Shown here: positions 25,455 to 39,373 of the stretch, in pieces
How the letters are laid out: every line of letters begins with the position of its first letter
How positions within the stretch are numbered: the stretch's first letter is position 1
From: Octopus vulgaris
Lineage: Eukaryota
Direction: 5' to 3'
DNA: 64,000 bases
Assembly: GCA_951406725.2 (NCBI GenBank)
Contig: OX597821.1
Coordinates: forward strand, 74,958,001 to 75,022,000
Translations under genes and position numbers: made by a program
Notes under the pieces: generated by a model
What the model was told of the DNA's origin: nothing
The model's database searches: none
Seen by the model: only the letters and a program-made list of their open reading frames with translations

Positions 25455-25816
25455 CTAGCAGTATCGCCCGGCGTTGCTCGGGTTTGTTTCGACCCTTTAG
25501 AATTGGAATTTTTGAAAAATAAAAGTTTTGCATTATGTAGCTTGTTATTCCCTTTAAGTGAACATTTTTCTGGTTGAAATACACCGAAAAATGGTGACAC
25601 AGCAGTCAAAAAATCATAAAAAATAGGGATTTTCATAGAAAAAAAGCACCTTTTTGATGTAAATAATTTTTGGTGTTAACATGGTCCGATTTGAATTTTT
25701 TTCTCATACTCTCAATTTTGGTCAACTTGCGCCGCAGGGTCTCGGAGGGGATAGTGTTAGTTGAAGGCTACCAATCCTGCCACTCACAGACAACTTCAGC
25801 TTTATATATAGAGAGA
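25455..25816 (-). mobile_element. Non-autonomous Helitron (same 3' terminus, different body)
   Basis: A|TCTCTCTATATATAAA ... CCCGAGCAACGCCGGGCGATACTGCTAG|T. Confidence 0.85.
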
Positions 25817-26590
25817 TTTACTAATGTGACGATTATATAAATATTGATAAATTGTTTGTAATTTTACTCAGAAGCTTGACATAATTTGCTCTCCTTACTG
25901 TCAAATAATAAGGTGAATTACTTGTGTGTTCAGGATCAAAGTTATCAAACTTCAATATGCCTGGCCTCTCAGTGGGATAGTGAATGATATGAAGATTGAT
26001 TGAAACCATTTAAGACAAACTGTTATAGCCACACCCATCAGTGAAGTTGAACATCTTACGGTTCTGCTTCGGCTTGCAGGAAACTTACTGATTTACACTC
26101 GTTGGAAAAAGAGCAGTGACAACATACGTACCAGTGACCACTTGACAGGGTCTCCAATGACCATAATAAATGGCCCATCTGCTTGTGCATCAAATATATA
26201 TATATTTTAAATAGAATTTCTAGTTGTTTGTTTCACATCTTTCTTTCAGAATTTAGCACCATTTTGCTATTATCAATCAATACTTTTATCCTTCCTAAAG
26301 TTGAATAACTCATGAAAAAAACAATTAATCAATTTTCTACAGAGAGAATAACTTTTGATGGCCATAACGCTTTGAGCTGATTATTAGATAGTTGTAAAAA
26401 GAATGTGATAGAGAAATTTGAATGGTTTTTTCTGCTGTGGTGTTGGAGAAGGTCTTTGAAAGTGTCCCAAGAAACATATTTATTCAAGAAGTAGGATATA
26501 AAAAAGTTGGTCAGCTAATCTACAAAACCGTTGTGGATTTGAACTACAAACTTCATCCTGCATTTAAAACCAACGTCTTTGTTCAGTAGA

Positions 26591-26888
26591 GTTCTATATT
26601 TAAAAGATGAGGAATTATGTACATTATTAACAGTATTTACATTTGACGGATAGTTGTCCTCATCTTCTTTGTTGTTAACACAACGTTTCGGCTGATATAA
26701 CCTCCAGCCTTCATCAGGTATCTTGGGGAAATTTCGAACCTGGATTCTTATTCCTAAGGTATTTCACATTCCTTAGGTATTTCCTCAAGACACCTGATGA
26801 AGGCTGGAGTGTTATATCAGCCGAAACGCTGTGTTAACAAACAAGATGAGGACAAATATCCGTCAAATGTAAATAAGGTAAATAATGT
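26591..26888. mobile_element. Family P1 inverted pair of pLTR 3' halves with two hammerhead motifs
   Basis: Minus hammerhead at 26677-26722 (GATAC-CTGATGA-A-GGCTG..CAGCC-GAAA-CGTT-GTGTT, intact) and plus hammerhead at 26789-26835. No tRNA head. Confidence 0.85.
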
Positions 26889-27356
26889 CTATGTTCAAGT
26901 TTAATAGAAATGTTGGAGTATCTTTCTTTTTCTTGGTTCATGTAATATTTGAACTTATTACTGGAATAATGACAGACCAGCAAGCAGTCGTTCATTATAA
27001 TCTGCCCCACCTCCTTCTAACTTTATGTACTAACAATGAGATAAATATAATGATATATGTATTTCCAAGTTCATACTGTGTCTGCGAAATAGTAAACGAA
27101 GACAAGGTCTACAAGGAAGTAAAACGAAGCGACACAGAAGTCCTTGAATTGATCATCTGATAATATTCGAGGTCAAAGCTATCATGGCAAGGCTAATTGA
27201 AGTTTATTTCGTTTCCACATTGATGCAAAGATAATGAGATGCAAGAAATTGACAGAGATATATTCAAGACGAATTGAGATGCATAATCTTTATTTGGACG
27301 ATAGTAGTTCACTGTTTTATTTATTTGTTTGTTTAATATTTCAGTCACCAAATATG

Positions 27357-27568
27357 TCGGCGAGCGAAATCGTTAACAAGCCACAGAAAATGCTTAGCCG
27401 CAGTTAGTTTGTCTTTATGTTCTGAATTGAAATTCCACCGAGGTCGATTTGTCTTTCATCTTTTCGGTATCGATAAAATAAGTACCAGGTGAGCATTGAG
27501 ATCGATCAGATCGACTTACGAACTCCACCGAGAATTGCTGGCATCGTGCCAAAAAATTGAAACCACAA
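27357..27568 (+). mobile_element. SINE family A (tail type 2), diverged
   Basis: Head remnant, central domain and TGCCAAAAAATTGAAACC tail. Confidence 0.75.
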
Positions 27569-29074
27569 TGTTATAAACACAAGCAAAGAATAATGGGCTG
27601 TGCTTATCTTTGTAATGCAGAATCGATAGAGTACCAGACAAATGCCCTAGGTGCTTGATTACTTTTTAAGTTCAAACCTCGTTGAGAAGCGATTTCTCAT
27701 CATCATCTTCATAGAGTAATTAATGTAGCGAACCAGTCAACTATTAGGGTATATTTAATATTCCTATAAAACATCCTCGGTGTGAATGGAATAACCGAAG
27801 ACTAATAAGTCTATAACGCTTTACTAGTGAATAAAATACTAATAGACAAATATTCAGCTCTTATATCATCGTTGTTTCAGTGGAGGTGTCGTTGATAGAG
27901 GGCGAACACTTGCTGTTTCCAATTATCGTCTCTTGTTTCTAAGCTTACATCTCTCAAAGATTTAGACAGAAATCTCTATACTTCTGTGACTATGAATATA
28001 TTTCACCTCGCAACTTTCACAGCTTTTCTCTCGCTATACATCATTTACTTTTTTTTTTCTACTTTCCTACCAGTTATGTTTCTATTTTTCCTTCCTTTTA
28101 CTCTCCCTCTCTCTCTATCTCTTTCCCAAATCCTCTGCTTTCCTCTCACTACTACGCTGTCAAACTCTCTACTTCTTTTCTTTCCTGCTTTTCTTTTTTC
28201 TCTATCTATCGTTCGGTATCTGTCTCTCTCTTCCTTCTCTTTCTTTGTCACCTCTCTCTCTGTCTCTCTCGTTCTCTTTCACCACCAATGTTCTGCTTTC
28301 TCCTGCCTCCCTCACCCATTAAGTGATCTCGTTATTTAAACTTTTAGTTAGATGAAAAGAATAAAGGAATAAACGGCAAGGAATGAGCGAATAAACGATT
28401 GCAAGTCTCTATGGCTTCTTTATTCCAGTCGTCCAGGCGGGCAGCGAAATGAACTGTGGTCTTGAATAATTCAAGAAACAAACGCTGAAATGGAGTAATA
28501 AGAGGGAAAGCAAGGGAAACCGGAAATGTTAGAGTGAAAGAAAGAGAATCATTTTGATGAGGGAGGAGAGGGAGTGAAGAGTACGAGTGAGGGGAGCAAA
28601 GAAAACTATGTGAAATAATTAGAAAGACTCACTCGCATATTTATATATGGAAAAAAGAAAAGAGAAGAAAGGAAAGAGATATAGAGAAAGACATATGGAA
28701 GAGAAGGAGAGGAATGGCGGATGGCGGGGGTGGGGAGGGATGAGATAAGGAGAGTGTAGGAAAGGAAAGAATAGGAAGAAAAAAGAGAAAAATTTGGACA
28801 GAAGAGGAGACAGTAGGAAGACTACGATGCAAAAGTGAAAGTAGCAAGTTGATGGTGTTGGGGGTGACGGTAGTGAAGACGGTGGTGGCGGCGGTGGTGG
28901 TGGTGGTGGTGATGGCGGGGGTGGTGGAATGAAGAAAGGAATATAAAAAAAAGATGGGCAATCTAAACAGACAAAATGAGAGAGAGATAGAAAGAGAGAG
29001 AGAGAGAGAAGAGAGAGAAAGTGAGAAAATAGAGAAAAGATGAGAGTTGAAAGTGATGAGTGTTGGGGAAAAGA

Positions 29075-29475
29075 AGAGGTCAAAGGAACCATGCGGCTGT
29101 AATCTTGGCACGTGGTGCACCTCGGACCAATCCGGCCCAAATCGCTATGTTATTCAACGAGCATGTCAACTGTTCCCTGCACGAATGCGTTGCAGGAAAT
29201 GTGCCCTCATAACTTATTTATGTTATTCATGACCGAGCTTCGAGTCATGTTGTCGAACGAAAAATTAAAATGAAGATGTCGCTCGGATGCTACTTATTAT
29301 CACAGCCACTGAATTTTAAACTGCTTTCACAGAGTAACATGATCTTATGGTGGCATTTTTAATTAAATGGATCCTTGGCAGTTCCCATTTTCCAGAATCA
29401 AAGTGTAAGCTGTCACTGACCAAACCGGACGGACTACCGACTCGCTGCGATATACATGGACCCCTTATATGTTAA
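29075..29475. promoter_or_regulatory. Unique non-repetitive island, candidate cis-regulatory element or promoter
   Basis: Higher-complexity CpG-containing sequence between long AG tracts. Contains CACGTG, CCAAT, TTGGCA x2, TTAATTAA, AGGTCA, and TATAAG on the minus strand at ~29463-29468. Confidence 0.3.
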
Positions 29476-30213
29476 AAAGTACAAACTGCATTCTCACCAA
29501 TTATAGGATAGCTGATGTCTCTCATATAGCTTCTGAGAATATACTAGGATGATGCTGAAGGAAAAGAGAGAAAGAAAGAAGCATCCTTTAACATTGAGAA
29601 GCAGTACAAACTGGAAATTGTTTGGAGGAAGAGAGAATAATGTATAGAGAGCAAGAAAAGGTAAGAAGTTGTTAGCGTAGAGATATGTTAGAGAAAAATA
29701 TAGAATATAAGGAGTTATACTTAACCGTGAGGTAATGAGAGAGAAAGTGAGAGAGAGAGAGGAGGGAGAGAAAGCGAGGGAAAGAGCAAGAGAGAGAGAG
29801 AGAGAGAGCGAGGGAGAGAAATGCATGGACAGAGAAAGGGAGAAAGTGAGTGTGTGTGACTGCGGCACAAAGTTTATGCGTTTCTTACTCAGTAAGTGTA
29901 TAACAATGTGACTCTATCGTCAGCGTGTATCTGTGCATGAGAAGTGTGTACGTGTGTGTGCGTGTGTGTGTGTGTGTGTGCGTGTGTGTGTCTGTGTGTG
30001 TGTGAGCGTGTATTTTTCTTTGCGTTTGTAGAGAGAAGAGTGGCGGGAATTGCTACTGCCACTGTATGTCTGTTAATGAACGTTGAAAGGAAGTCTTTTT
30101 GAGAAAGTGTAATTAGTTATTACTGCACACATTCATTGTGGAATATGAAGCAAAACTTGCTTATCTGCAGCTGTATTACTACAACGACATTATGTGCTTA
30201 AATACACACACTA

Positions 30214-30267
<54 letters not shown>

Positions 30268-30453
30268 CTATATTAACTATTACATGTATAGATATACATA
30301 TGTGTGTGTGTGAGTATGTGTATGTGCATGTATGTATTAAATGTAGGTATATATAAATAAATATAAATGTATTTATATAATATATATATATTATAAAATA
30401 TATATACATATGATGTACACATACATACATGGATTTATATATATATGTATATA

Positions 30454-30490
<37 letters not shown>

Positions 30491-30515
30491 GTATACATAA
30501 GTGTGTGCGTGTATA

Positions 30516-30564
<49 letters not shown>

Positions 30565-30910
30565 ATGTATGTTGGGATTATACATAAATACACACGCTCA
30601 TACGTATCTAGGTATACACACACATAAATATTTACTTACACATATGTAAAGATATATAGGAATTATTAATCGGGGAAAATATACACATACAGGTACACAC
30701 ACATACAGGTGCATACATATATGGGTGTATGTAAAGACATACACAAATATGCCCTTAGAAGTACAAACACACACACACAGACCAATATTGACTTCTGTAT
30801 ATCGTGATATATAATTTATGTATTTCTCTATATACGAATATAGACTTTTTAAATGTAGATATGTATATAAAAGTTTCTATATTTACATAAATGTGTGTGT
30901 AAATATTTTC

Positions 30911-31002
<92 letters not shown>

Positions 31003-31283
31003 GTGCATGAATATATACACACAATGTGTATAAATGTATTCACAATGTGTTCTAAATGTATTATTCTTAAAATAATTGTCATTATACGTATATAATATAA
31101 ATAAATACAAAGGTAAAATAAGCGAACCACCACACACACAGGGACGAACTTAAGAATATATATATATATACACACACACATACTGATACACACATACACA
31201 CACAAAGACTTACATGTACACGCACATACCGGCGCGTGTGTATATTTATTTGATATTTTGATCTATCTATCTATCCATTTAAA

Positions 31284-31335
<52 letters not shown>

Positions 31336-31587
31336 AGGTATTTAAATGTATACACAGTTATTAACGTAGAGGTATTATAATTTGTCCAAAAATGCTTCTG
31401 CCTAGTGACATGTGTCTACACATGCAAAGGAACACATCTTTAGACACAGGGACACATATACTCACACATCCATATTTATGTGCGTGGAGTTGCTTTCAGC
31501 ATTATATATACATACATACAGCCATACATGCATACATATTTATTTATATCTATATTTATTTATATTTATACATACATATATATATAT

Positions 31588-31639
<52 letters not shown>

Positions 31640-31763
31640 GAATGTGTGTGCATGTGTATGAGTATATATATATATATGCATATATATCTGTATATGCGTA
31701 TATGCATGTGTGTCAGTGTATGACCGCATACATACATATGTGTGTGTGTGTGATATCTGTATG

Positions 31764-31823
<60 letters not shown>

Positions 31824-31903
31824 TATGTATATATATATACATATATATATATACATATGTATATATATATATATGTATATATATGTATGTATATATGTAT
31901 GTA

Positions 31904-31935
<32 letters not shown>

Positions 31936-31952
31936 GTTCGTGTCCGTGTGTG

Positions 31953-32015
<63 letters not shown>

Positions 32016-32148
32016 ATGTTTCTACCCCAGGTATGTATGTTAGGCGCTAAATGCCGTATCGAATCACAATTATATGTTATGATGCTCATCCTACTGGTAT
32101 TAGTTGACAAAATATCCATGTCTTCCCTGTAGCTCTGTACTATATATG

Positions 32149-32203
<55 letters not shown>

Positions 32204-32295
32204 AGATAGATATATATATATATGTATAGATAGATATATATATATATGTATAGATATATATATATATATATATGTATAGATAGATATATACATAC

Positions 32296-32332
<37 letters not shown>

Positions 32333-33713
32333 AATACATATATACATACATATATATATGTGTGTGTGTATAATATTTGTGCTTATTTTACTGTATAGTA
32401 ATCTTTCGGGTCGTCTGCTTTCAATGAATTTCACAATCTTCTATATTTATGTTCATATCTGATTCCGTTATTAACTCTTTCGAAATAGTTCTTTTTCTTT
32501 TTATTTTTTTTTTACTTTTCTTCTTTTTTTCTCGATTTTGTTGAATCGTATTTTAAGACCATTTTACATTCAAAGTCTGCAATGTTAAAAAAGACGTTAC
32601 AGGTTTATACACAGATATATCTTTTCTGTCTCTCTCTCCCTCTCTCTATCTCTATCTCTCTCGCTATCTCTATCTCTATCTCTCTTTCTCTATCTATCTA
32701 CCTATCTATCTATCTATATATCTATATATATATATATCAATATATCCGTATATCTATATACATATGTATTTATGTATTTCTGTATATAGATAGATATATT
32801 CAAATACATTTGCATGCTTATGCATTTATGTTGCAGACACACACACAGACACACAGAAACACACACACACACACACTCGCACACACACTCGCACACACAC
32901 TCGCACACATATGCTCATTGTTTTATTATTTTATCATAAACACATTTAAACCGTAAAACTTTGGGTATCCTGGATCACCGCCATGGTAATTACATTTTCA
33001 GTGGGCAATATTATGTATGTATACATGTATGTATATATGAATCTATATATGTATGTATGTAAGTATATATGTATGTATGTATGTATTTATATATATATGT
33101 ATTCATATGTAGATATACATATATTTATGTTTCTGTAAATATATATAAATGTGTATCCATCGATATATCTATATATCTATCATCTATGTATGTGTATGTG
33201 AGTATACATCGAAGTAGATATATATAAATGACGCTTGTATATATATATATGTGGGGAACACATACGCCAAAGAAACCGAGAAACCGGGTCCATGAAAAGG
33301 GGAAAAAAAAAAGAATAAAGATATGTAAACATACATATGCACAACTGTTTACGTATATACATATATAGTTGTGTATGTATGTGTGCAACCATGTTCTATA
33401 TAAACATGTATATGTGCACATATATTTATACCTATATATCTATCTATATGTCTATTCATCCATCTATAAATCTGCATACATATATATATATATATACATA
33501 CATTCCTATATTCATATTTATGTATATATATGTATAAATATACAGTCGTACACAGTCCCACATATATATATACTCCTATACATATATTTATATCTGCGTC
33601 TTTATCGCTATATGTATGTACATATCTATCTATGTATCTGTCTGTCTGTCTGTCTCTGTTGATCCAGCCATCCAACCATCCACTCACCTACTCACCCACC
33701 TACACATGGAGCC

Positions 33714-33783
<70 letters not shown>

Positions 33784-33804
33784 ATATCTATCTATCTATC
33801 TATC

Positions 33805-34334
33805 TGGTGGACGTGCCTGATAGGATTGGAGACAAACACTTTCCTCTCTCATCAACTTCTTCAAGTATCACTTGAAAAGGAAAGTGAGAGTAGAGAGGCA
33901 AGTTTTGTCTAGCGTAAGTTTCAAAAAAAGATGGGGGAATGTAGCAAGGATGGCACGTATGAATGACGAAGCTACCTTGAGCATAATCCTATGAATCCGG
34001 AAAATTTAAAACAGTGGGTTACCTCCTTACAAACAAATGCGGTAACATGTAACATTATTGACCAATGTCACCGTGGTCTTTTCCGGAGGCTTTTCTTCCC
34101 ACGAATAAACCTTATCTGCTTCCCCCTTTACACTTTACATCATGACACTGTGATACCCGATCCCCATGGATCGTTTTTTCTTTTTTTTCTTTTCCTTTTT
34201 TTCTCTTCTTTCCCTTTTACGATCCCTTTTGATCGAAAACCTACCACACTTTTTTTTTCTCTCCACAAAAAAGAAAAGCTCTACTTTGTAATCTGTCCCG
34301 TTTGTGTGCAGCCCTGTGTGGCTAATAAAGAAAC

Positions 34335-34335
<1 letters not shown>
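33805..34335 (+). mobile_element. 5'-truncated Tx1/L1-like LINE (ORF2 C-terminus + 3' UTR) inserted in (TATC)n
   Basis: WWTCLIGLETNTFLS / LINFFKYHLKRKVRVERQVLSSVSFKKRWGNVARMARMNDEATLSIIL* (stop 33992-33994), pyrimidine-rich UTR, AATAAA, and (TATC)n on both flanks. Confidence 0.75.
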
Positions 34336-34414
<79 letters not shown>

Positions 34415-34913
34415 CGAGTGTGTGTGAATGTGTGCATACATTTATAGATGCATACATATCTGACAGCCATTTAGCAGTACTGTTAAACGATAGTTTCGAC
34501 AGCCCTGCGGCTTTTGTCCTGATCTTTTGTGTTCCCATTTGAGATACCGACAACATGTTTTATTTCCAATTTTTCCACGCTAACCATGGAAATATCAACC
34601 AAAGACGGATTTTGCAGCGTCTTCTACAGCATAGAACCCGCGTTATGCTTCGACTTTCCTTGTGAGAATGTTTGCTGCTGAGTTTATAAGATCCTCGCAT
34701 CAAAAGGCATCCATTGGTATTCCGTTAATCGACTTGTCGAGGCGTAAGTCTCAGAGACAACGTGGGACATGTAGTATTACAATCTTGCAAGTGATGTCCA
34801 AACCCCGTGTGTGTCTGTATATGTGTGGGAGTACATGTATGTATGTACGTGTGTACGTATGTATACATACATATATGTGTACATAAATACATGTATGTAT
34901 GTATATATATTGT

Positions 34914-35105
34914 TTTATTCTTTTACTTGTTTCAGTCACTGCGGCCATGCTGGAGCATCGCCTTCAGTCGAACACATCGACCACAGGACTTAAACTGTTT
35001 AATCGTAGTACTTATTCAGTCGGTTTCTTATGCTGAACCGCTAAGTTACGGCGACGTAAACACACCAAAGTCTGTTGTCAAGTGATGGTGGGGGTCAAAC
35101 ACACA
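34914..35105 (-). mobile_element. SINE family B, 3' half
   Basis: TTTTACTTGTTTCAGTC..GCGGCCATGCTGGAGCA..GAACCGCTAAGTTACGG is the reverse of the B tail. Confidence 0.8.
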
Positions 35106-35246
35106 CGCAAATACATGCACACACATATATTTGCACACATACACACATATATATATGTAATATATATATTCTCTTTTTCTCTTTCTTTTTACTTGTTTCA
35201 GTCATTTTGACTGCGGCCATATTTAATCGAGCAACTCGACCCCGAG

Positions 35247-35426
<180 letters not shown>

Positions 35427-35428
35427 GT

Positions 35429-35731
35429 GGAGGCGCAATGGCCCAGTGGTTAGGGCAGCGGACTCGCGGTCGTAGGATCGTGGTTTCGATTCCCAGACCG
35501 GGCGTTGTGAGTGTTTATTGAGCTAAAACACCTAAAAAAAAAGCTCCACGAGGCTCCGGCAGAGGGTGGTGATCCCTGCTGTACTCTTTCATCACAACTT
35601 TCTCTCGCTCTTTCTTCTGTTGGCCTGCTCGCTTAGCCAGCGGGGTGGCGTCATTCAAAAGCTAAAACAATGCGAACGCATTGTGACCAGCGATGTATAA
35701 CAACATCTGATGGTCTAGTCAGTCACGTGAT

Positions 35732-35738
<7 letters not shown>
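35429..35738 (+). mobile_element. SINE family C (tail type i), full length
   Basis: GGAGGCGCAATGGCCCAGTGG A box, GGTTTCGATTCCC B box, and tail GCATTGTGACCAGCGATG..GTCACGTGATCACGTGA. Confidence 0.85.
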
Positions 35739-35777
<39 letters not shown>

Positions 35778-35984
35778 TCACGCACACGCACGCGCACGTT
35801 CACACACATACAGAGACAGACACACACGCACACGATGGATTTTCTCTTCGGACTGATCGCGTGAAGGATTAACAGCCAATATTTCAGCTGTCAAATTATC
35901 GTCGCCAATCGTTTTCTCTCCGTAGTGAAGGCTTCTGCATAACAAGCCACACTTTTGCGACAATACTGATATTTTTTTCATTTT

Positions 35985-36200
35985 CTTTTATTTGTTTTGA
36001 GTCATTAAACCCTGGCCATACTGGGGCACCACCTTGAAGAATTTTAGTCGAAAGTACTAACCCCAGTAATTCTTTATTAAAAGCCTGCTATTTATTCTAT
36101 TATTCTCTATTGCTGGACCAGTAAGTTAAGGGGACGTAAACACACCAGCACCGGTTGTCAAGCAGTGATGGGGTATAAACACTGCCACAAAGACATACAC
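35985..36200 (-). mobile_element. SINE family B, 3' half, diverged
   Basis: GGCCATACTGGGGCACC..TAAGTTAAGGGGACGTAAACACACCAGCACCGGTTGTCAAG. Confidence 0.7.
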
Positions 36201-36205
36201 GTTCA

Positions 36206-36276
<71 letters not shown>

Positions 36277-36837
36277 TCGTTTTGTAAGATTCTTGATGTG
36301 AATTCGTGTGTTGAAACAGATATTGTTGTATTTGAGGATGGTCATGTTGACCATATCCACTTCCTTTGGTTTCATCCTTCTACAAGAAGTCTTCTGAGAG
36401 TGGAGAAAGGCAAACTCGTCTGTCCGTGGAAGTAGAAGTCAAACACAAAAGGGAGATAACTTCTATTCTGTGGGCTTTTCACCAATGATTTTGTTATTCT
36501 GACAAACGAGAAAGTTCCAAATATGCATAGTGTAAATAAAAGTCCTATTGTGTACATTGCTAATCGAATCATCTTCACAATATTTGTAAGTAACAAGAAT
36601 CGCAAAGATTTGGTTAATTTATAATAAATGAAATTTTATTTTGCATGAACATTTCTCCAGCTATGGTGTTACCAACTGGCAAATAATTGTTAGGGTATAA
36701 TGGGTACCTAATCTATCAAACCTCAACAGACACCTTAAATGTAATTAATTCCTTAATTTTTAAGTATTTCATGACACTCTAAGAATACTTGCAGTTACTC
36801 CCTGTATTTTACGCACAACTAGATAGAGAGATAGATA

Positions 36838-36882
<45 letters not shown>

Positions 36883-36924
36883 TATATATAGATAGATAGA
36901 TAGATAGATAGATAGATGGATAGA

Positions 36925-37014
<90 letters not shown>

Positions 37015-37041
37015 TAGATAGATAGATAGACAGACAGACAT

Positions 37042-37072
<31 letters not shown>

Positions 37073-37087
37073 TATAGATAGATAGAG

Positions 37088-37138
<51 letters not shown>

Positions 37139-38211
37139 CAGATAGATAGACAGATCGATAGATAAATAGGTGGATAGATAGATAGATGTGTTGACAGATA
37201 GATGGATAGATAGATAGATAGAGTGAGAGAGAGAGGGAGAGAGAGAGAGAGTGAGAGAGAGAGAGAGAGAGAGAGCGGGGTGAATTTACTTGAAGGAAAA
37301 TGGTATTTCTTACATAGGCACAAAATCTGAAACCGTAATGAAAGGAGTATAAATCATTCCTGTAATTGATTGTTTCTTTATTCATCGACCGAAGAAAGAC
37401 GAAAGGCAAAATTCACCTCACTTCTATTTGAACTCGTGAAGAGATGAATAAGTATCGGGATGTCTGACACTCTGACCGTCAGGAAAATAGTGCAAACAAA
37501 AGGGAAGCAAGACTTTCTAGGATAGGCACAAACCCAGGGATTTGCCGGAAGTCTTTATTCAATTATTAAAGGTGACGTTGATAATGATAATTGTGTGGAC
37601 TTTCGGACAATGGCTAACAATTTTAGGAGATCGGAGATAATTGATCAATACTATTGATACCAGTACATGGCTGCTGCTTTATTTTATCGACCCCAAAATG
37701 ATGAAAAGCAAAGTTGACGCTGGGATTTGAACTTAGAAATTACGAGCTGGAACATTATAAACACAGGGCCAGAAATTCGTTGGGAGAGGTTAATCGATTA
37801 ATAATTAACAACCACACCTTGCTGGCCGAAGGCCATAAATTTTAGGACTGGGTATAATCGTGAAACCCGATGTCAGTTCAAGTACTATCGATCCTGGATA
37901 GATGAAAGTCAAAGTCGATCTCGACGGGTTTCGACATGAAAATATTAAAGATGGAATACGACAATGGACGCTACAACAATGGTCTTTGATGAAATAATCT
38001 GGTTCTTAGTCTCTCTGTAAATCTCAATTTCCTGCCCTCCCTCTCTCCCTCACCTCTTGTCTCGCATTTCCGCTTCTCCTACTTCCTCGTCTTCTCTTGT
38101 CCCTTATTTTCCTATCCATTCTCTTTCTCATTTTGGATCTCCTCGTCATTTCTCTCCTTTCTCTCCTCTCTTTCAAATCCATTCTGGACATTTGTAATTC
38201 CAATCAAATGT

Positions 38212-38610
38212 GTCAGTATAGCAGAATCGTTAGCACGCTGGATGAAATGCTTAGCGGTACTCGTCTGCCGTTACGTTCTGAGTTCAAATTCCGCCGAGGT
38301 CGACTTTGCCTTTCATCCTTTCAGGGTCGATAAATTAAGGACCAGTTACGCACTGAGGAGGATATAATCGACTTAATCCGTTTGTCTGCCCTTGTTTGTC
38401 CTGTCTGTGTTTAGTCCCTTGTGGGTAGTAAGCAAATAGGTATTTCGCCCTTCGCTACACTCCGAGTTCAAATTCTGCCGAGGTCAAATTTGCCTTTCAT
38501 CCTTTCGGGGCGATATATTAAGTACCAGTTGTGTAATTGGGCTCGATTTAATCGACTGGCCCCCTCCCCCATAATTTCAGGCCTTGTGCCTATAGCAGAA
38601 ACGATTATTC
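38212..38610 (+). mobile_element. SINE family A dimer (tail1 + tail2)
   Basis: Two central domains, junction CAAATA|GGTATTTCGCC. Confidence 0.85.
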
Positions 38611-38792
38611 TAGAAATGGGCAGAAGACCAGAAATTAAGTGAAGGGGAAGAGTCGATTTCATTGTCGCTTGTACTTAATTTACAACGGGCAGAATAAATA
38701 GCTGTGAAGAATTGGGGTCAGTATAATCAAGCATTGCTCCTTTCCCAAATTATAGGTCCTTTTTTGTCTGTATTAAAAACATTACTATTATA

Positions 38793-38966
38793 AAGGTGGC
38801 GAAATGTCAGTTTCATTACTATACCGGACATAATGCTTAGCGGCATTTATTCCGACTTGCTATATTCTGAGTTCAAATACCGCCGAGGTAGTCTTTGCAT
38901 TTCATCCTTTCAGGGTCGACTAGCCTGTTCCCACAAATTTCAGACCTTGCGCCTACAGTAGAAAAT
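38793..38966 (+). mobile_element. SINE family A, diverged
   Basis: AAGGTGGCG head, TTCTGAGTTCAAAT B box, partial central domain. Confidence 0.65.
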
Positions 38967-38976
38967 ATCATTATTA

Positions 38977-39072
<96 letters not shown>

Positions 39073-39075
39073 ATG

Positions 39076-39127
<52 letters not shown>

Positions 39128-39373
39128 TGATAATAATATTTCGCAATTGCTCTGTTGTAATATGGTTAGATCACTTACCGGTAAATGCTCAAAATCTTAC
39201 TTTTATTGTTCTGGATCGATAAAGTAATGAAACAATCGATGGGTATAGCTCACCTAAATTCCAAAAGTTTTTTTGCATTCTTATAGAGTGTGTGTGGGGA
39301 GGGGGTCTTAGAGAATTAGCTGGAAAACTGACAGATTTTATTACAGGTCACTCACACACACGCTCATGTGATA

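Noticed and set aside
28619-29140. Proline-rich 173-aa and threonine-rich 159-aa ORFs
   Set aside because: They derive from (GGT)n and AG-rich low-complexity tracts, with no recognisable domain.
29298-29320. TATCACAGCCA, identical to the 5' part of miR-2 family mature sequences
   Set aside because: No complementary 5' arm upstream to form a pre-miRNA hairpin, and the 3' part does not match miR-2.
31556-32434. 292-aa ORF and the many other YI/CV/HT/LSIY-rich ORFs in the track
   Set aside because: They are translations of (TA)n, (CA)n, (TATC)n and (ATT)n microsatellites that lack stops in some frames. Not genes.
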